DNA from: a bacterium
GTDB taxonomy: Bacteria; Krumholzibacteriota; Krumholzibacteriia; G020349025
Direction of reading: 5' to 3'
DNA: 64,000 nt
Assembly: GCA_031362565.1 (NCBI GenBank)
Contig: JANLSU010000101.1
Span: 1-64,000 of the forward strand
A model generated the notes under the pieces. The model was not told the DNA's origin. It did no database searches and saw nothing but the letters and a program-made list of their open reading frames with translations. This document shows, in pieces, positions 58,047 through 64,000 of this stretch. The position numbers and the translations under genes are program-made. Position 1 is the stretch's first letter; each line of letters begins with the position of its first letter.

Positions 58047-59411
58047 TCACCGCGCCCGGCTGCGAAACCGCAGAACCGCGGCGCGCGCAAAGGCCGACAC
58101 GTCGCTGGTCCGCGCCGCGATGCCGGCCCACGTGTAGCCGAGCGCCGGACGCAGGACGGCGGCGCGAACCACCATGCCGTAGAGTGCGGCAACCGCCGCG
58201 GCGGCCGCCGCACCACGCGGCCCGAAACGCGGAATCCACCACAGCATCAATGCGACAGCCAGTCCGAGCCCGGACCAGGTGATCCAAAGCAGCGTGCGCA
58301 GGCGCCCCAGACCGACGAGAAAAGGACTGCCGACGCTGGCGAGCGGCAGAGTCAGAGCGCCGGCGACCAGAATTTGGAAGACCGGCACGCTGGCCGTATA
58401 ACGGCCGTGAAAGAGCAGTTCGAGAATGGGACCCGTTGCGACGATCAGAAGAAGGCAAAGCGGCACGAGCGCGAGCGTCAGAAAGCACACGCTCTTCTCG
58501 AAGAGCACGCGCAGGTCGTCGCGACGGCCGGTGGCGTGCAGCCGCGACACCGCCGGCATCATGACTTGAGTGATGGCCTGGGCGAGCACATTGAAGGCGC
58601 GGAACAGCATCCGCGCCGCGCCATAGGCGGCGACGCCGCGCGGATCGAGAAGGCGCCCGGCCACGAAGGCATCCGCCTGCTGCGTCAGCGTCGCACCAAT
58701 TCCAGACCCGAGAAACGATTTGCCGAAGGCCAGAATGCGCCGGGCGTCGGCTCGGCTGACCGGCACGAGCGTCTCGCGGCGCGTTGCCGCGAGTGCGATG
58801 AGGGTCCCGATTCCAGCCGCCGCCGCCTGAATCCACTGAATCGTCACCGCGTCCCGCGGCCAAGCGGAACAGCGCCAAACGACCAAACCGGCCACAGCGA
58901 CCGCATAGTACGACAAATCGAGCATGAACACCCGGCGCAACCGCCGCAGTCCTTCGAGGCTCGAAATCGCCGCATCGCGCGGGCTGCCGACTGCCAAGAG
59001 GCAGGCACTCGGCACCAATACTGCCGCCAGCTCCGGCTTGTCGAACGCCAGCGCCCAAACGGCACGTCCGCCCCAAAGAACGACCGCGGCCGCGAGGCTG
59101 GCACCGGCGTAGAGCGCCATGCCGGTGCTCGCGATACGATCGGTGCGGGCCCGCTCGGCGACGAAGCGGATGAGCGGCACGAGCCAAAGCGACCGAAACA
59201 GTTGCGACAGGGTAAGAAGCACGGTACTCGCCAGGTATTGCAGGCCGAACTCTTCCGTCGGCAGGGTGCGCACGACGAGCACCGCAAAGGCGAGGCCGAA
59301 CCACAACGGCAGACTCTTGTCGAGCATGGACCATGACAACGTGCGCCAATGCGCGCCGGCCCGGACCCGCGGGCCGTCCGGCCCGGGTTTTTGGTTCACA
59401 GCTCGCGCCAC
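58047..59411 (-). CDS. Wzx-like oligosaccharide flippase (MOP superfamily)
   Basis: About 12 TM segments; LPTEEFG, D....G......VAAY..A, PAVS and IPRFG..GAA motifs. Confidence 0.88.
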   Translation of the reverse strand: MARAVNQKPGPDGPRVRAGAHWRTLSWSMLDKSLPLWFGLAFAVLVVRTLPTEEFGLQYLASTVLLTLSQLFRSLWLVPLIRFVAERARTDRIASTGMALYAGASLAAAVVLWGGRAVWALAFDKPELAAVLVPSACLLAVGSPRDAAISSLEGLRRLRRVFMLDLSYYAVAVAGLVVWRCSAWPRDAVTIQWIQAAAAGIGTLIALAATRRETLVPVSRADARRILAFGKSFLGSGIGATLTQQADAFVAGRLLDPRGVAAYGAARMLFRAFNVLAQAITQVMMPAVSRLHATGRRDDLRVLFEKSVCFLTLALVPLCLLLIVATGPILELLFHGRYTASVPVFQILVAGALTLPLASVGSPFLVGLGRLRTLLWITWSGLGLAVALMLWWIPRFGPRGAAAAAAVAALYGMVVRAAVLRPALGYTWAGIAARTSDVSAFARAAVLRFRSRAR

Positions 59412-59464
59412 CTTTCGCTACCCTGCAGCGCGCTGGGTGTCGAACCGAAAGGACCAGGACAACG

Positions 59465-59995
59465 ATGATGAAGAAGGCATTCGCGACGTTTCTCGTTTTG
59501 CTCGGCGGGGCTCTGCCGGCGGCGGCTCAGAGCCAGTTCCAGAGCACGTTCGAACTCGGCATCGGCTATACGCGGCCTGCGACCGAGAACGCGGACATGG
59601 TGACATTTCTGCTGCAGGCAGAAGATTTCTTCGTCGAAACCGGGATCGGCATCCGCAGCAAGGCGGGTGTGATTCTCGCGACCCCATCGGGGGGAATCCA
59701 AGGCGGTGACACGGTCTTCAGCTGGCTCGTACGCGGCGCAGTGCGCCCGTTCGTCGTCGGCAACACGACCGGCCACGTGGGCGTCGAGTTCTCGCTGCAC
59801 TCGAACTCGGCAGTCGACTCGCACGGCGAAATCGGCACGAAGGTCGGTTTGGGCGGATTCTTGGGCGTTTCGCATCCGCTGACCGATCACCTCAACTTCG
59901 CCGTGCACATGTTCCCGATCGCGTTCGAGTTCGGCGGCAAGGACACGATCACCAAGATCGGCGTTGCCGAAATCAGCGCGCACGTCATTTTCTGA
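59465..59995 (+). CDS. Probable small outer-membrane beta-barrel protein
   Basis: Signal peptide; alternating beta-strand pattern; C-terminal Phe. Confidence 0.7.
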   Translation: MMKKAFATFLVLLGGALPAAAQSQFQSTFELGIGYTRPATENADMVTFLLQAEDFFVETGIGIRSKAGVILATPSGGIQGGDTVFSWLVRGAVRPFVVGNTTGHVGVEFSLHSNSAVDSHGEIGTKVGLGGFLGVSHPLTDHLNFAVHMFPIAFEFGGKDTITKIGVAEISAHVIF

Positions 59996-60106
59996 ACCGG
60001 CCGAGCGTGCCGGGCGGGGGCCTCTCTCGCCCGGCGCGCTCCGGATCATGCCCGTGCCGCGCGCGCGTGACAAGGCGCTGGGCGCGGTCACGGAGGCACT
60101 CTGTAC

Positions 60107-61201
60107 ATGGCGCGCTCCGTGTGCTTCGTCGGGCACCTCATGCTGCCTTTGCTCACGGGCGGCGACGAACCGGTCGTCGGTGGCGCCGAAGTTCAGTCGT
60201 TCCATCTCGCCGCCGAACTGCAGCGCCGCGGCTGGCAGACCTCCTTCCTCGTGTGTTCGCTCGATGGAACCGCGGCCGACACGATTCGACCGACACCCTT
60301 CGGGCCGGCGCAGGTCCTGTACCCACGTCATGTTGCCAAGCCGCTCGCCGTCAAGGTGCAGGAAAAGCGCGCCCTGTTCGCCGCCGTCAGGGCCAGTGGT
60401 GCGAACCTCGTGTTTCAACGCGCCGTGTGGGATGCCGACGTCGCGGCGATCGCGGCGCGCCGGAACGGCATTCCGTACGTCTACTCGCTGGCCAGTGATC
60501 GCGACGCCGTGCGCTTGCCGTTTCTGAGCCGCCGGCGCAACGTGTTGCGCTGGGCAACCGCGGTGGCGTCGCAGTCGGACCTGCAGCGCGACTGGGTGCG
60601 GCGCTATGGACGCGAGTCGACGGTCATTCCGAGCGGTTTCCCGGTTCCCGCCTGGCGCGAATCGGCACGTGACACGGTGCTCTGGGTCGGCACACTGCGG
60701 ACGCTCAAACGTCCCGATCTCTTCCTCGACCTGGCGGCCGAACACCCGGACTGGCCCTTCGTCCTGTGCGGCGGACCGGGCGAAGACCCGCGGCTCGCCG
60801 ATCACATCGCGACGCGCGCCCGGCGCCTGTCGAACGTGCACGTGGCGGGATTCGTGCCCTACGCCCGGATGCCGGAGTTCTTCGCGCGCGCCCGCGTCAT
60901 CGTCAACACGTCGGAATACGAAGGATTCCCCAACACGTTCGTGCTCGCATGGCTGTACGGTGCGGTGGTGTTGTCCTTGGGAGTGGACCCGGATGGCTGG
61001 CTGACACGCGGCGGGCTCGGTGCCGTGGCGCGCGACGCGCCGGAGTTGTCGGCGCTCCTCGGCCGTGCCCTGACCGACGACGGCTGGACGCAAGCCACCA
61101 TGCAGCGCGCCCGCCAACACGCCGAGCAGGTCCACGACATCCGGCCTGTGGCAACGGCGTTCGAGGCGCTTTTCGAGACCGCCCTGCAAAATCGCGGCTG
61201 A
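60107..61201 (+). CDS. Glycosyltransferase family 4
   Basis: GGAEVQ, WVG....KRP and EGFPNTF motifs. Confidence 0.92.
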   Translation: MARSVCFVGHLMLPLLTGGDEPVVGGAEVQSFHLAAELQRRGWQTSFLVCSLDGTAADTIRPTPFGPAQVLYPRHVAKPLAVKVQEKRALFAAVRASGANLVFQRAVWDADVAAIAARRNGIPYVYSLASDRDAVRLPFLSRRRNVLRWATAVASQSDLQRDWVRRYGRESTVIPSGFPVPAWRESARDTVLWVGTLRTLKRPDLFLDLAAEHPDWPFVLCGGPGEDPRLADHIATRARRLSNVHVAGFVPYARMPEFFARARVIVNTSEYEGFPNTFVLAWLYGAVVLSLGVDPDGWLTRGGLGAVARDAPELSALLGRALTDDGWTQATMQRARQHAEQVHDIRPVATAFEALFETALQNRG

Positions 61202-61270
61202 CTTCGCTTGCTGCGGCCGGGAGCCCCCTCGTATGCTCCGCCCAGGCGGACGGACGCAGGAGGTGGCGGC

Positions 61271-62608
61271 GTGGGCGGCAAAATCGAAGTTCCAGTCGGG
61301 CAGGGTCGTCAGAACGACGGCGCAGATGCACTGCACCAGTCGCGGCTCGCCAACGGCCTCGACGTCATTCTCCTCGAGAATCCCGTCGTGCCACTCGTCA
61401 CCGTCGAAATCAACGTCCATAACGGTGCCTATACCGAAACCGACGCGTACGACGGTTTGTCGCACCTCTACGAGCACATGTTCTTCAAGGCCAACGAGCG
61501 CTTGCCCGATCAGGAACGTTACCTGCGGCGGACCCGCGAACTCGGCATGGAGTGGAACGGCACGACGAGCGAAGAGCGGGTCAATTACTACTTCACACTG
61601 CACGCCGATCGTTTGGAAGAGGGCCTGCGTTTCATGAGCGACGCGATTCGAACGCCGCTCTTCTTGACGGACGAGTTGGCGCGCGAAACCGAGGTTGTGA
61701 TCGGTGAATACGATCGCGCCGAATCGGATCCCGGCTTTCATTTGCACGTCGCGGTGAGCCGGGCGCTCTGGCACACGCACTATGTGCGCAAGAACGTCAT
61801 CGGCACCCGCGAAGTCATCTTGAGCACCACACCGGCGAAAATGAGCCGCATTCAACAACGGTTCTACGTGCCGAACAACAGTGCACTGCTTATTGCCGGT
61901 GCGGTCGACCGCGACCAGGCGCTGCAACTGGCGGCAACGGTCTTCGGCGACTGGCCCGCGGGCCCCGACCCGTTCGCCGCCGATCCGCCGCCGCATCATC
62001 CGCCGTTGACGCATTCGTCGCGCCTCATCGTCGAAAAACCGGTGCACGCCACGACATTGACGCGCGCCTGGCATGGCCCAAGCGTCGAACTCGACCGCCC
62101 TGCGACCTTCGCCGCCGATGTGTTGTCGTTCATCCTCGGCCAGCGCAACTCGCGCTTCTACCGGCGGCTGGTGGATTCCGGCCTGGCTCAGAGCGCCGCC
62201 CTGCACTACCAGACGCTGCGCTACACGGGGCCGATTCAGGCGTATCTGGTCACCTCGGCCGCACGCATGGCGGCGGCCGACGCGGCGCTGCAAGATGAAA
62301 TCGCCCATTTGGCGGCCGACGATGGCTTCACCGACGAAGAATTGGCGAATGCGAAGCGGCAGCTCGAGATCGACCTCGTCTACGATGCCGAACGGCCGTC
62401 GCAGCTCGTGCACACGCTGGGATATTGGTGGGCGGTCGCCGGGCTCGACTACTACACCGAATACGCCACCCAGTTGCGGCGCGTCGAGCGCGCCGATGTG
62501 CAGCGCTTCGTACGCCGTTACTTGCTCGAGAGCCCGAACGTAACGGGAATTCTCGTCGCCCCCGAGGAGCGCGCCCACTTGGGAGCCCTTGGTACGGAGG
62601 TCCCGTGA
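61271..62608 (+). CDS. M16 (pitrilysin) zinc peptidase, catalytic subunit
   Basis: GLSHLYEHMFFK (HxxEH), NGTT and FYVPNN motifs. Confidence 0.93.
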   Translation: MGGKIEVPVGQGRQNDGADALHQSRLANGLDVILLENPVVPLVTVEINVHNGAYTETDAYDGLSHLYEHMFFKANERLPDQERYLRRTRELGMEWNGTTSEERVNYYFTLHADRLEEGLRFMSDAIRTPLFLTDELARETEVVIGEYDRAESDPGFHLHVAVSRALWHTHYVRKNVIGTREVILSTTPAKMSRIQQRFYVPNNSALLIAGAVDRDQALQLAATVFGDWPAGPDPFAADPPPHHPPLTHSSRLIVEKPVHATTLTRAWHGPSVELDRPATFAADVLSFILGQRNSRFYRRLVDSGLAQSAALHYQTLRYTGPIQAYLVTSAARMAAADAALQDEIAHLAADDGFTDEELANAKRQLEIDLVYDAERPSQLVHTLGYWWAVAGLDYYTEYATQLRRVERADVQRFVRRYLLESPNVTGILVAPEERAHLGALGTEVP

Positions 62609-63858
62609 GCGCCCCACGCACCACCGAGGCCCCGGTTCTCGAACTGGAAGCCGCCGGCCTTCGCGTCCTCGTCAAGCACAATCCGGCGCACGAGGTCGTG
62701 GCCGCGCGCCTGTACACGCGCGGCGGCGCGGCCAATCTCACCGCCGAGACCGCCGGTGCCGAGGCCATGTACGCGCGCCTGTCGCGCCGCGGCACGCGGC
62801 GCTATCCCAAGGAAGCGTTGAACGGTCTCGTGTCGCGCCTGGGGATCGATGTTGGAGCCACCGTTGCGCACGACGCGACCGTGTTCACGTTGCGCTGCCT
62901 GCGCCGATTTCTCGACGAGGCGTGGGATGCATTCGCGGATGTGGTGGCGGATCCGCGCCTCGAGCCCGCCGACCTGGAGATCGTGCGCGAGCAGATGCTG
63001 CTCGAGCGGCGCCAAGCACTCGACAGTCCGGACGGCGCACTCGGCGAATTGGCGCGCGAGCGCATCTACGCCAATCACCCTTACGCGGCGAATCCACAAG
63101 GCACCGAAACGTCGCTCGCGGGACTCGATGCGGGCGTACTCCGGACCCACGCGGCGCGTTGTTTCACGCGTTCGAATGCCTTGATGGTGATCGTCGGCGA
63201 TGTGGCGCGGGCCGATGCCGAGCGCCTGGCCGCCCGGTTCGCTTCCCTGCCCGCCGGCACGGGGGCCGCTCCACTGCCGCCGCCGCTGCACTTCGCCGCC
63301 GGCTCGGCGCGGATCGAGGCGCGGGAGCTGCCGACGAACTATGTTCTCGGGGAATTCACCGCACCGGCGCTCCGCGACGCCGATCATGCGGCGATGCAGC
63401 TCGCGTTATCGGTATTGCGCGACCGGTTCTTCGAGGAGGTGCGCACGAAGCGCAACCTGAGCTATGCCCCGAGTGCCAGCCTCGGGCACGACGTCTGCAA
63501 CCTGGGTTCGATCTACGTCACCGCCGTCGATGTTCCGACGACGCTCGGCGTCATGCGGGACGAAATGCGGCGCCTGGCCGACGTACCGATGCCGCGCAAG
63601 GAACTCGCCGACAAGGTGCGGACATTCGTGACGCGTTACTATTTGCAAAACGAAACGAACCAAGCGCAGGCCGGCTTTCTTGCCGCCTACGACCTGTGGG
63701 GCGGTGGCTGGCGGCGGGCGAGCGAGTTCGTGACGCGGCTCGAAGCCGTCGCGCCGGAAGACGTGACGCGAGTCGCTTCCGAAGCCTTCCGCAACATTCA
63801 GTACGTGGCCTTGGGCGACCCCGCAACAATCCCCGCCGGCGCGCTCGTCGACCCGTAA
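62605..63858 (+). CDS. M16 peptidase, non-catalytic partner subunit
   Basis: No HxxEH; HPYA, RFFEEVRTKRNLSY; GTGA overlap with the upstream gene. Confidence 0.9.
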   Translation: MSAPRTTEAPVLELEAAGLRVLVKHNPAHEVVAARLYTRGGAANLTAETAGAEAMYARLSRRGTRRYPKEALNGLVSRLGIDVGATVAHDATVFTLRCLRRFLDEAWDAFADVVADPRLEPADLEIVREQMLLERRQALDSPDGALGELARERIYANHPYAANPQGTETSLAGLDAGVLRTHAARCFTRSNALMVIVGDVARADAERLAARFASLPAGTGAAPLPPPLHFAAGSARIEARELPTNYVLGEFTAPALRDADHAAMQLALSVLRDRFFEEVRTKRNLSYAPSASLGHDVCNLGSIYVTAVDVPTTLGVMRDEMRRLADVPMPRKELADKVRTFVTRYYLQNETNQAQAGFLAAYDLWGGGWRRASEFVTRLEAVAPEDVTRVASEAFRNIQYVALGDPATIPAGALVDP

Positions 63859-64000
63859 GGCCGCCGACCGCTCACCCGATGGCACTTCGTAGACGCTGCG
63901 CGCCGCTCAGTTCGCCCGGCGCACTCGCGAGAGATCCATCCCCGCGAGCGTCGCAGGCAGCGCCTCGACCCAAGCCTTCAAGTCGCCCTCGGGGGCGACG

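Noticed and set aside
59396..62617. 1073-aa minus-strand ORF
   Set aside because: Antisense to three well-supported plus-strand genes.
63860..64000. Possible 3' end of a minus-strand gene
   Set aside because: Too short and truncated by the window edge to call.

Overview
A GC-rich bacterial window. Two secreted proteins carry C-terminal signatures (FlgD-Ig/'RKLVVVR' and 'SWSAAKHLYN') that I associate with the Eisenbacteria/Krumholzibacteria/Latescibacteria lineages; this placement is inference. Housekeeping content includes etfBA plus an acyl-CoA dehydrogenase, M20/M24/M16/M36-like peptidases, an HDAC-family deacylase, an inositol monophosphatase, moaDE, a cysM-mec-cysO-moeZ sulfur-carrier operon, a saccharopine dehydrogenase and two amidohydrolases. 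The centrepiece is a ~28 kb co-oriented minus-strand locus (13665-41524). It encodes five glycosyltransferases, an MsbA-like ABC exporter, seven APH/choline-kinase-like paralogs (three lack the catalytic Asp), a two-component system, a histidine phosphatase, an HprK-like P-loop protein, two DUF5666 proteins and a MacAB-type transporter. It also contains a divergent RtcB-family ligase that keeps its guanylylation motifs but has altered metal- and RNA-contact positions. This suggests an uncharacterised phospho-glycan pathway that may use a repurposed RNA-ligase fold. A small lower-GC island (46460-48360) carries an IS1595 remnant and a toxin-antitoxin-SecB chaperone (TAC) module. Two long structured 5' leaders and a ~113-bp dispersed REP/MITE-like repeat are also visible. 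No CRISPR array, tRNA or rRNA was recognised. Start codons were re-picked by eye from RBS and gene-overlap evidence.
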